This document shows, in pieces, positions 42,050 through 50,443 of a stretch of 64,000 nucleotides of DNA. The notes under the pieces are model-generated. The model saw nothing but the letters and a program-made list of their open reading frames with translations. It did no database searches and was not told the origin of the DNA. Position 1 is the stretch's first letter, and each line of letters starts with the position of its first letter. Source of the DNA: Patescibacteria group bacterium (GTDB lineage Bacteria; Patescibacteriota; JABMPQ01; JAQVVF01); contig JAQVVF010000004.1 of the NCBI GenBank assembly GCA_028699085.1, positions 2,143-66,142 of the forward strand, in the 5' to 3' direction. Made by a program: the position numbers and the translations under genes.

Positions 42050-42424
42050 TTATCTAAGATACATAATACCAAACACAATTCCTTCGACTAACAACATCGG
42101 TAATAATAACCAAATAACTATCACCGATACTTCAAAACAAAGTAAAACCGAAAAACAAATTAAAAAAATCAATAGAGTTATCGATTTAATAACAAAACCG
42201 AACATCCTTGCAATCATATTTCCTCCCCAAACACCAAATCTTTCCTGCAAACTCATTCCTTCAGTCGAAACTACATCTCTTTTCCACGGCGCAAACAAAG
42301 TCGTTAAACAAATCCTTACTGAAAAAGTATCAGTCAAAACCAAAATAAATGCTCTTAAATATTTAAGCATTCTAATTAAACCATAAGAATACCACCATTC
42401 AATATAATCCAAAAAAATTTGCAT
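42050..42424 (-). CDS. Small polytopic membrane protein, unknown function
   Basis: About 4 TM helices. Operon position between the BON gene and the Clp gene. Confidence 0.4.
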   Translation of the reverse strand: MQIFLDYIEWWYSYGLIRMLKYLRAFILVLTDTFSVRICLTTLFAPWKRDVVSTEGMSLQERFGVWGGNMIARMFGFVIKSITLLIFLICFSVLLCFEVSVIVIWLLLPMLLVEGIVFGIMYLR

Positions 42425-42430
42425 TTTGTT

Positions 42431-42664
42431 TTATATTTTTTCTATTTGCAAATCATTATTAATTAATGCAACGCCAGGAATATCAGAAATTGTATCTTCT
42501 AAATCTTGTTTTTCCTCTAATGTTTCTACTGTCCCTGATAATGTCACTTTGCCTTCATTTACCTCAACGTTAACATTATCAGTCATTATGTCTTCTTCCT
42601 CCAAAAACGCTTTCTCAATATCCTGATAAATATCTTTATCAGAACGGTTTACAAAATCAGACAT
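42431..42664 (-). CDS. BON-domain protein
   Basis: VTLSGTVETLEEKQDLEDTISDIPGV is the BON domain pattern. 77 aa. Confidence 0.6.
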   Translation of the reverse strand: MSDFVNRSDKDIYQDIEKAFLEEEDIMTDNVNVEVNEGKVTLSGTVETLEEKQDLEDTISDIPGVALINNDLQIEKI

Positions 42665-42699
42665 ATTTTTAATTTATTTTTTAAATTACCATTTTTTAT

Positions 42700-42728
42700 A
42701 TTATATCAAAAATTACTAAATTTCACAA
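42700..42728 (-). promoter_or_regulatory. Candidate promoter (TTGTGA-17-TATAAT, minus strand) for the BON-membrane-Clp-archaemetzincin operon
   Basis: Minus-strand read: TTGTGAAATTTAGTAATTTTTGATATAAT. Lies upstream of the BON gene start at 42664. Preceded by TTGTAAAAGTAAA. Confidence 0.45.
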
Positions 42729-42741
42729 TTTACTTTTACAA

Positions 42742-44016
42742 CTACCAAGTCCAATTATTAAACCCCCAACGAAGCAACTTCTCAACTTCACTTGTCACTT
42801 GATAGTACGTAGAAGCTCCAATTACAACCGCAATTATTTCTTGATTATTTTTATCTCTTGCCTTGGTCATCAAATTCATTCCAATTTCTGGCAAATAACC
42901 TGTTTTTCCACCTAAAATATAGAGATTACTATTCAATAACGAATTTGTATTAGTAACACTAATTGTTTTACCTCCCAAGGTTTGATAAGAATAAGATTTT
43001 GTTGTTGATGCCTGCATAATTTTATATTTTTTCAATGCATCAATAGCAACTTTTGCATAATCTTTAGGAGTACAAGCATTCCGCCAATCCAAACCAGTTG
43101 GTTCATAAAAAGTACAAGAATTAGCTCCGACTTTTTTTGCTTTCTCATTCATTTTAACAGCAAAATTTGCATCACTCATTCCTGTTGCATGCGCTAAAGC
43201 ATTGGTTGCATTATTTGCTGATTTTACTAAAGAAGTATACAGCAAATCTTCAATTCTAATTCTATCTCCGACAGATAACCAAACACTCTGGCCTTCTGCA
43301 TCATCCCAAGGCTGATAAGTATAAATTTTATTTAAATCAATTCCAGACTCTAAAACAATATTGGAAGTCAAAATTTTTGTCATCGAAGCTAAAGTCATTT
43401 TTCGATCACAATCTTTGCAATACATTATTTTACCAGATTTAACATCCATCAATACTCCTCCTAAAGAATATATATCTGGGTCAGAAACGCCAGCTTTTTT
43501 AGTTGGCTCGACAATACTCGTTTTATTTTTCTTTTCTAAAACGACAATGTCTAGATCTTCAATATCAGTTTTAATAATTGCTAAATCTTTTTTGTCATCG
43601 ATTCTGCTTTTTAATTCATTCCATCTATTCTCATCAAAATCCCAATAAAATACGCCCTTTTTATTAAATGTCTGTGAATTAAATTTTAATAAAATTTTAA
43701 CCTTGCCTAATAAAACAAAATCATCAGTCTCATTAGAAATCTCATAACGATAGATATTACTGATTGCTTTGTAACCTGTAGGAATTCTATGCTCTTCTTT
43801 CGCTATTTTTTTAAACTTAATACTAATCTGTTCAGCATCAATCAAATTAGCTGGTATTTTTATTTTTACTCTCTTTGATTTGTTAAAAATTTGCTGAGAA
43901 ATAGCTAAATCAGTACTAGATAAATTATGGATTAATCCCCAATCATTTACCTTGGAATAGCCAAAATTAGGCAATATTAGCAAAAATCCCAGGATCAACA
44001 ACAGCTTTTTTTTCAT
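42742..44016 (-). CDS. D-alanyl-D-alanine carboxypeptidase (S11, PBP5-like) with N-terminal extra domain
   Basis: SxxK (LASMTKIL), SxN (KSANNA) and KTG (GGKTGY) motifs. Signal peptide. Confidence 0.75.
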   Translation of the reverse strand: MKKKLLLILGFLLILPNFGYSKVNDWGLIHNLSSTDLAISQQIFNKSKRVKIKIPANLIDAEQISIKFKKIAKEEHRIPTGYKAISNIYRYEISNETDDFVLLGKVKILLKFNSQTFNKKGVFYWDFDENRWNELKSRIDDKKDLAIIKTDIEDLDIVVLEKKNKTSIVEPTKKAGVSDPDIYSLGGVLMDVKSGKIMYCKDCDRKMTLASMTKILTSNIVLESGIDLNKIYTYQPWDDAEGQSVWLSVGDRIRIEDLLYTSLVKSANNATNALAHATGMSDANFAVKMNEKAKKVGANSCTFYEPTGLDWRNACTPKDYAKVAIDALKKYKIMQASTTKSYSYQTLGGKTISVTNTNSLLNSNLYILGGKTGYLPEIGMNLMTKARDKNNQEIIAVVIGASTYYQVTSEVEKLLRWGFNNWTW

Positions 44017-44047
44017 AATATGTATGATTTTTAATTAACAAATAGAA

Positions 44048-44076
44048 TTGACAATAATTTAATTTTGTCCTATACT
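44048..44076 (+). promoter_or_regulatory. Near-consensus sigma70-type promoter (TTGACA-17-TATACT) for the GC-rich Cys-rich gene
   Basis: TTGACA at 44048-44053, 17-nt spacer, TATACT at 44071-44076. Followed by a GC-rich leader with a 5-bp GC hairpin (GCCCC..GGGGC), then SD GGAGGA 7 nt before the ATG at 44138. Confidence 0.6.
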
Positions 44077-44137
44077 CGTTATATGTCGCTGTGAGGAGGC
44101 CCCAAGTGGATAAAGGGGCAAAACGGAGGAAAAGGGA

Positions 44138-44644
44138 ATGGATCTGAAAACTTTCATCTGTGTCGTCTTGTTTGTTGCCGGATTCGGTAGTTTGATTGCT
44201 TACGCTGATAATAATGATGTTGATCGTCTAATCTGTAACGGTGAACAAATTTGTATGCAAGAAATGCAACTTGGGAAAATTGACGAAAGGTTGGAAAGCG
44301 CCAGAGCTGATCTGCAGATGGCTGATAAAGCTTTGGGACAGATGATCCACTATGATGGCATTTGGCCCAAGACTGAAGAATCTCGGGACTGGTATCAAGG
44401 AAAACGCGGACTTGTTTGTTCCACCAATCGCAAAACAAAGCGTGAGATTCCCGTGGTTGAAAGAGATCTCAAAACTCTTCACTTTTCAAACCATGCTGGA
44501 ATTTCTAATCGCGCAAAACTAAAACTAGAAGACATTCAAACTGATCCAGTAATCAAATTCTTCCTCACTGATACGCCATGTCAGCGAGCTGAACAAGCTT
44601 GCAAGCACTTTGGCTGCACAGAGATTATCGAAGGCTCTTTGTAA
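44138..44644 (+). CDS. Secreted Cys-rich small protein, compositionally atypical (about 45-50% GC)
   Basis: Signal peptide MDLKTFICVVLFVAGFGSLIAYA. Six Cys in the mature part. Own promoter, SD and terminator. Segment GC is about 50% versus about 30% background (counted on 60-nt samples). Confidence 0.6.
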   Translation: MDLKTFICVVLFVAGFGSLIAYADNNDVDRLICNGEQICMQEMQLGKIDERLESARADLQMADKALGQMIHYDGIWPKTEESRDWYQGKRGLVCSTNRKTKREIPVVERDLKTLHFSNHAGISNRAKLKLEDIQTDPVIKFFLTDTPCQRAEQACKHFGCTEIIEGSL

Positions 44645-44645
44645 C

Positions 44646-44670
44646 TAACGCTATTCTTAGCGTTTTTTTA
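44646..44670 (+). terminator. Rho-independent terminator immediately after the Cys-rich gene
   Basis: AACGCTA-ttct-TAGCGTT followed by TTTTTTT, starting 2 nt after the stop codon. Confidence 0.6.
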
Positions 44671-44692
44671 TTTGTTTAGACTTAATTTTAGC

Positions 44693-44724
44693 AAAAAAAA
44701 TACAAAGTGTAAAACCTTGTATTC
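44693..44724 (-). terminator. Terminator-like hairpin downstream of nrdG (minus strand)
   Basis: Minus-strand read: AATACAAGG-ttttacac-TTTGTATT then an 8-U run. One G-U pair in the stem. Confidence 0.45.
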
Positions 44725-44734
44725 AATCCAAATA

Positions 44735-45457
44735 TTATCTTTCTTCAATAATCAGATCAGAATATTTTTGCTTTAATTTACTTAATAACAACGCCACATC
44801 AATCTTTTTACTTTGATCTAAATTAGGATCTAAATTTTTAATATATCTAATATTCTGCAGATAATATTTTTCGCCTTTTTTCAAATAGCTTGCCATTTCC
44901 ATAAAATCTTTTTCAACATGCTTCTGAGGATATACAGTTGTTCTAAATTCATGATCAACTCCAGATTCCTGAATTAATCTAAAAGATTTCAGACATTTCT
45001 CCACCAATAATTTACAACTATCAACTGGCAACTTGTTACTAGCAACAACCTCACCATAATTTTGCCAAGAAGATTTCAAATCCATTGCTACATAATCAAG
45101 CAATTTTTTATCAAATAGTTCTTTTAACATCTCTGGATTTGATCCATTCGTATCCAGTTTCACTGAATAATCAATCTTTTTTAACTTCGCAATAAAATCA
45201 ACTAAATCAGTTTGCAAAGTTGGCTCTCCCCCAGTTATACAAATCCCATCTAACATTTTTTTCTTTTCAACCAAATAGCCAAGGATTTCATCCTCGGTTA
45301 TTTGTGATTTATTTTTATTATCAAATACCAATTCTGGATTATGACAGAACGGACATCTAAAGTTGCATCCTTGCAGAAACACTATTGCGCAAATCTTGTC
45401 TGGGTATTCTAACAGGCTCAATTTTTGGAATCCCGCTATTTTCATAGCTATTTTCAT
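44735..45457 (-). CDS. nrdG: Anaerobic ribonucleoside-triphosphate reductase activating protein (radical SAM)
   Basis: CNFRCPFCHNPE radical-SAM cluster motif. Adjacent to nrdD. Confidence 0.85.
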   Translation of the reverse strand: MKIAMKIAGFQKLSLLEYPDKICAIVFLQGCNFRCPFCHNPELVFDNKNKSQITEDEILGYLVEKKKMLDGICITGGEPTLQTDLVDFIAKLKKIDYSVKLDTNGSNPEMLKELFDKKLLDYVAMDLKSSWQNYGEVVASNKLPVDSCKLLVEKCLKSFRLIQESGVDHEFRTTVYPQKHVEKDFMEMASYLKKGEKYYLQNIRYIKNLDPNLDQSKKIDVALLLSKLKQKYSDLIIEER

Positions 45458-47255
45458 ATTTTAAATTCTTGATTTCATATTCTTTGCGTTCTGAATACTC
45501 GCTTTGCTTACCTTTATTCCATTGTGAAACAGGCCTAAAATACCCCATCACTCTCGACCAAACTTCACATTCCTTTTCACAAATTGGACAATGCTTTTGC
45601 TCTCCATTCAAATAGCCATGTGTTGGACAAATACTAAATGTAGGAGTCATTGTAAAATATGGCAAACGATAATTTTCAGCAATTCTTTTTACCAAATCTC
45701 GACAGACTTTCCAGTTCATAATTCTTTCGCCTAAGAACATATGTAATACTGTTCCGCCCGTATATTTAGTCTGCAAATCATCTTGGTGATCAAGTGCTTC
45801 CATCGGATTATCCGTATAACTAACTGGTAAATGAGTAGAATTAGTATAATATGGTGCATCTTTTGTTCCAGCCTGAATAATATCTGGATATCTCTTTTGA
45901 TCTTCTTTGGCAAAACGATAAGTTGTTCCTTCCGCTGGAGTTGCTTCCAAATTATAAAAATTATTTGTTTCTTCTTGATAATCAGCTAGTTTTTTTCTCA
46001 TAAAATCTAGCACTTCAACAATAAATTTCTTTGATTCTGAATGAGAAATATCCTCGCCTAAAAAGTTAAGACATGCTTCGTTAGATCCATTTATGCCAAT
46101 TGTTGAAAAATGATTATGTAATGACCCAAGATAGCGCTTTGTATAAGGCAATAATCCTTTTTCCATATTTTCTTCAATCACTTTTCTTTTCATTTCCAAA
46201 GAAATTTTCGCTAAATCCATCAATTTTGCCAGCCTTTGTAAAAAGTCTTCTTTTGTTTTTGCTAAATATCCAATTCTTGCCAAATTGATTGTTACAACTC
46301 CGATACTGCCAGTCATTTCTGCAGAGCCAAATAAACCTCCGCCTTTTGCCTTTAATTCACGCAAATCTAGTTGCAATCTGCAACACATACTTCTCACGTC
46401 TGAAGGCTTTAAACTTGAATTTAAGAAATTCTGAAAATATGGAGTGCCATATTTAGCTGTCATTTCAAATAATAATTTCACGTTCTCGTTTTCCCAATCA
46501 AAATCTTTTGTAATATTATAAGTCGGAATTGGAAATGTAAAAATTCTACTTTTATTATCGCCTGTAATCATAGTTTCAATAAAAGCTTTGTTCACCATAT
46601 CCATTTCTTTCTGACAATCGCCATATGTAAAATCAACAACTTTTCCACCAATAACTGGCTTTCTTGTTCGCATATCTTCAGGACAGACCCAATCCAAAGT
46701 CACATTTGTAAATGGAGTCTGCGTTCCCCATCGAGATGGAACATTTAGATTAAAAACAAATTGCTGAATATTTTGTTTTACTTTTTCATAATCTAAATTA
46801 TCAATTTTTACAAATGGAGCTAAATAGGTATCAAAAGATGAGAAAGCTTGTGCGCCTGCCCATTCATTTTGCAATGTTCCTAGAAAATTAACCATTTGAC
46901 CCAAGGCTGTCTCTAAATGCTTTGCTGGTCCTGATTCAACTTTTCCCGAAACACCATTAAAGCCTTCTTCCAAAAGCTGTCTAATGCTCCATCCAGCGCA
47001 ATAACCTGAAAACATATCCAAATCATGAATATGATAATCACCATGAATATGAGCTTGTCCAACTTCCTTTGGATAAATCTTGTGGAGCCAATAGTTAGCT
47101 ACAACTTTTCCAGCAGTATTCAAAATCATACCGCCTAAAGAATATCCTTGGTTTGCATTAGCTGAAACTCGCCAATCCATTTTTCCTAGATATTCGTCAA
47201 TTGTTGACAAAACATCAACATTAATCTCTTTTTTTGTTTGTGTGTTTTCTTTCAT
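45357..47255 (-). CDS. nrdD: Anaerobic ribonucleoside-triphosphate reductase (class III)
   Basis: C-terminal Zn ribbon CPICEKEC and glycyl-radical motif RVMGYF. Overall length. Overlaps the annotated nrdG start by about 100 nt. Confidence 0.85.
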   Translation of the reverse strand: MKENTQTKKEINVDVLSTIDEYLGKMDWRVSANANQGYSLGGMILNTAGKVVANYWLHKIYPKEVGQAHIHGDYHIHDLDMFSGYCAGWSIRQLLEEGFNGVSGKVESGPAKHLETALGQMVNFLGTLQNEWAGAQAFSSFDTYLAPFVKIDNLDYEKVKQNIQQFVFNLNVPSRWGTQTPFTNVTLDWVCPEDMRTRKPVIGGKVVDFTYGDCQKEMDMVNKAFIETMITGDNKSRIFTFPIPTYNITKDFDWENENVKLLFEMTAKYGTPYFQNFLNSSLKPSDVRSMCCRLQLDLRELKAKGGGLFGSAEMTGSIGVVTINLARIGYLAKTKEDFLQRLAKLMDLAKISLEMKRKVIEENMEKGLLPYTKRYLGSLHNHFSTIGINGSNEACLNFLGEDISHSESKKFIVEVLDFMRKKLADYQEETNNFYNLEATPAEGTTYRFAKEDQKRYPDIIQAGTKDAPYYTNSTHLPVSYTDNPMEALDHQDDLQTKYTGGTVLHMFLGERIMNWKVCRDLVKRIAENYRLPYFTMTPTFSICPTHGYLNGEQKHCPICEKECEVWSRVMGYFRPVSQWNKGKQSEYSERKEYEIKNLKYENSYENSGIPKIEPVRIPRQDLRNSVSARMQL

Positions 47256-47360
47256 ATTTTAATTTTATTTTTTATATAAAAAATTATTTTTTAATAGAAT
47301 AATAATTTGCTCTACAGATTAAAAATCCTCATCATTAAAGATTTTCTTTAAAAATAGAGG

Positions 47361-47406
47361 ACAAAAAATAGCTGCAATGGAACAAGACATTACTAACAGC
47401 TATTTT
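47361..47406 (-). terminator. Hairpin plus U-run downstream of the cytochrome b5-like gene (minus strand)
   Basis: AATAGCTG...CAGCTATT: an 8-bp stem with a long (about 22 nt) loop and a U-run on the minus strand. Atypical loop length. Confidence 0.3.
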
Positions 47407-47513
47407 ATTTTTGTTTTAACAATTTATATTTGAAGCTTTTATTAGTCACCACAATTATAGCATAAGTTTTAAAAATGTTATCAACAAAAAAGTATGAAAT
47501 AAATCTTATTGCG

Positions 47514-48305
47514 TCATATAATATTGTCTTTTTGTTTTAATATAGCTAAATAATTCAAAATTTGTTTCAGATGCAAAATAATATGGATGATCGAAGAAAT
47601 CGCAAAAGCAACCGAAAAAGCCACGTGAATTGATTTTAAATTCAGTAATTCCCCCCAATAAGCATTATCAAAAAAAGCTAAATATAATCCTAAAAGGCCA
47701 GAAAAAATAAAAGTTATAAATAATACAACACTAGTAAATTTCGTTATTTTTAACTTAAACACAGGTTTATTAGAAGATAAAAGATAGATAATTCCTAAAA
47801 TAAGATAAATAAATAAAATAATTGCTACCGAAACAATTGCACTCGGATATTTGAATTCAATTGCATTCTGTTCAACTTCTTCTTTTGTTTTAATAGCAGT
47901 AGTTCCTAACTCTTCAGCTTGATTTACTTCTATTTTTGCTTCATTAGATATTTCATTTGCAACCACTTTTTCTGTTTTATTAACAATAGTTTCTTCCTGA
48001 AAATCACCAATATAATATTCCGTCAATAAATCATAAGATCTGATTTTATGGTCCTCTCCGATATTACCCTTTGTCGAAAAACCTTCAGTCGCATCAATTC
48101 CGCAATATGGCAACATCGAACCATCACCACTTGGATGCTGCCCCCCGAAATATGAAGTAACATCATAAACTTTGCCAGAAATTAACATCCAGCAATCTGT
48201 CGCCTTATTATGTTTTGAAATTTCATCTATAGTATAAGTCTTTGCAAATACAGGCAATGCAAAAAAACATAATACTGATAGAATCAAAATTGTTACTTTC
48301 TTCAT
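47514..48305 (-). CDS. Secreted/membrane-tethered cytochrome b5-like heme-binding domain protein
   Basis: Signal peptide. WMLISGKVYDVTSYFGGQHPSGDG...GIDATEGF...H (cyt b5-like pattern). C-terminal TM helices. Confidence 0.5.
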   Translation of the reverse strand: MKKVTILILSVLCFFALPVFAKTYTIDEISKHNKATDCWMLISGKVYDVTSYFGGQHPSGDGSMLPYCGIDATEGFSTKGNIGEDHKIRSYDLLTEYYIGDFQEETIVNKTEKVVANEISNEAKIEVNQAEELGTTAIKTKEEVEQNAIEFKYPSAIVSVAIILFIYLILGIIYLLSSNKPVFKLKITKFTSVVLFITFIFSGLLGLYLAFFDNAYWGELLNLKSIHVAFSVAFAISSIIHIILHLKQILNYLAILKQKDNII

Positions 48306-48354
48306 AATTTATATTTAATTTTTTAATATTCTAATTTTATTAAAAACAACTTTA

Positions 48355-48380
48355 AAAAAGCTGAAATTATTTAGCTTTAT
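48355..48380 (-). terminator. Hairpin overlapping the stop codon of the PQQ-type dehydrogenase gene (minus strand)
   Basis: AAAGCT-gaaattattt-AGCTTT with a U-run on the minus strand. Confidence 0.35.
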
Positions 48381-49683
48381 AAAAAACTCGATAAATAACA
48401 CCAGCTTTATCATCAGCAATATACATCACTCCATTATCTTTGATTAAAATTCCAGTCGGTCTTCCCAAAGCTTCCTTATTTTCTGTCAACCAGCCAGAAA
48501 TAAAATCAGAACTTTTTGGCTCACCTTTTTCATCAACAACATAATTGCCATCTTTATCCATATCATATTTTACAACCTTATAACCAGTTGGTTCAACCCT
48601 ATTCCAAGAACCATGGTATGCCACAACTAAATCATTCCGCGCATCTTCTGGAAAAGATTCTATATCTGGTACAAATTGCAATCCCAATGGAGCGGAATGA
48701 GCCTGGATATTAATATAAGAAGGACTATAATCTGGCTCTGTACAAACACCTGTTGGCACATTTTCCTTAAAGTTATTATCTCTAACATTTTTTCCATAAC
48801 AAAATGGCCAACCGTATTTTTTATTCTCTTTTATAATATTAATTTCATCTGGCGGTAAATTATCGCCTAGTAAATCTCTGCCCATTTCATCAGCATATAT
48901 TGCGCCTGTATTAGGATGCGCAGTCATAAAAACAGAATTCCGCAATCCTGATGCATAAATTTTCAAATCAGTACCATCTAAATTTGCTGACAAAATAGAA
49001 GCTCGCTTATTATCTTTTTCGTTGCAAACATTACAATCCGAGCCCACTGAAATCAATAATCTATTAGTTTTTGGATCAATTAATAATGTTCTTGTGAAAT
49101 GCTCGCCTTTATCAGGTAAATCAACTATTTTTCTCTGATTTTTAATCTCCATTTTATTAACATCATAATCATAAACAGAAACTTGGTTTGATTCTGCGAT
49201 ATATAATTTGCATTTATTCAAATCCTTACAATCAAAAGCAAGACCATGTGGTAAATTCAAATGGTCAGCTAAAATTTTTGTTTCTTCAGATTTTGAATTA
49301 TTATCTTTGTCAAGCAAAGCAACCACCTTTCCATTTTGAGTCAAGCTCACAATCAAATTTCCGTTCGGATCGGAGACTAAAACTCTTGGACTTCCCAAAT
49401 CTTTAGCATAAAGAGAAATTGAAAATCCATCCGGCAATTGCAATGGCATTTTTGTGTCATCAGCCACAAAAGATTCTTCTTTGTTTTGATTTACAACTAC
49501 ATTCTCTGAATTCTCAATTGTAGTTACGATATTTTCTTTTGCTGGTAAAATTGATGTCCATATTCCTCTTAGATTATGCCAATAAAAAATTCCTCCATAT
49601 GCCAATCCTCCAACTAAAAATGTAATAAAGATTACTAATAACACTTTTAGCCAACCTCGACTTTTTTTTATTTTTTCTTCCAT
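48367..49683 (-). CDS. PQQ-dependent sugar dehydrogenase-like beta-propeller (soluble GDH/sorbosone DH family)
   Basis: N-terminal anchor. Propeller blades with LPHGLAFD, SVYDYD and GILIKDNGVMYIADDKAGVIYRV patterns. Confidence 0.5.
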   Translation of the reverse strand: MEEKIKKSRGWLKVLLVIFITFLVGGLAYGGIFYWHNLRGIWTSILPAKENIVTTIENSENVVVNQNKEESFVADDTKMPLQLPDGFSISLYAKDLGSPRVLVSDPNGNLIVSLTQNGKVVALLDKDNNSKSEETKILADHLNLPHGLAFDCKDLNKCKLYIAESNQVSVYDYDVNKMEIKNQRKIVDLPDKGEHFTRTLLIDPKTNRLLISVGSDCNVCNEKDNKRASILSANLDGTDLKIYASGLRNSVFMTAHPNTGAIYADEMGRDLLGDNLPPDEINIIKENKKYGWPFCYGKNVRDNNFKENVPTGVCTEPDYSPSYINIQAHSAPLGLQFVPDIESFPEDARNDLVVAYHGSWNRVEPTGYKVVKYDMDKDGNYVVDEKGEPKSSDFISGWLTENKEALGRPTGILIKDNGVMYIADDKAGVIYRVFYKAK

Positions 49684-49693
49684 ATATTAATAA

Positions 49694-50443
49694 TTAAAAA
49701 AATAATAACTTTATTGCCAAAATAATAATTGCAATTATATAAACAATTCTAATCCATTTATTGCCATTTTTAATTGCAAATTTCACACCTAACAATGCTC
49801 CTAGAGAAATAAATATCGCAAACAGCAATCCCAATTTAAAATCAATTAAATCATTCAGATAAAAAATCACGCAAGCAATTCCAGATGAAAATAAATTAAT
49901 TACTTTTGTATCAAATGCCGATTGCAAAAAGCTCAAACCAAAAAATAAAATCAAAACATAAGTCAGAATCGTCACATATCCGCCACTAAAAAAACCGCCA
50001 TAAACTCCTAATGCAAAGACTAATATCAAGCCAATAACAATCTTCCAAATCGAAATATCATCATTTTCTTTCAGACCTATATCTTTTTTCACAAATAACG
50101 TGCTTGCTACCAAAACAATAATGACAGCAATAATCTTTTTTAAAATATCTTCATTAATATCTAAAACCAATTTTGCTCCCAAAAATGACGATATTAAAGT
50201 TATAATGACAAATAAAAATAACCACCAAAGATGCTGCTTCTTAATTTCTTTTCTAAAACCAAACATTCCACTCAAACTCAAAAAAATCAAAACCAACATA
50301 TTTGTTGCAATCGCAGTTTTGATATCCATGCCAGCATATATCAATAAGGGCACCATCACTAATGTTGTTCCACCAACTGACACGCTAAAAACTCCTACAA
50401 CAAAATAAATTATACAAAGTGCCAAAACAACTATTAGACTCAT
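49694..50443 (-). CDS. TauE/SafE-family (DUF81) anion exporter
   Basis: MVPLLIYAGMDIKTAIATNMLV and a repeated 4-TM architecture. Confidence 0.7.
   Translation of the reverse strand: MSLIVVLALCIIYFVVGVFSVSVGGTTLVMVPLLIYAGMDIKTAIATNMLVLIFLSLSGMFGFRKEIKKQHLWWLFLFVIITLISSFLGAKLVLDINEDILKKIIAVIIVLVASTLFVKKDIGLKENDDISIWKIVIGLILVFALGVYGGFFSGGYVTILTYVLILFFGLSFLQSAFDTKVINLFSSGIACVIFYLNDLIDFKLGLLFAIFISLGALLGVKFAIKNGNKWIRIVYIIAIIILAIKLLFF

Noticed and set aside
47256-47376. Possible NrdR box or riboswitch upstream of nrdD
   Set aside because: I looked for the NrdR palindrome (acaCwAtATaTwGtgt-like) and for B12/other riboswitch cores on both strands in the 258-bp upstream region. No convincing match was found.
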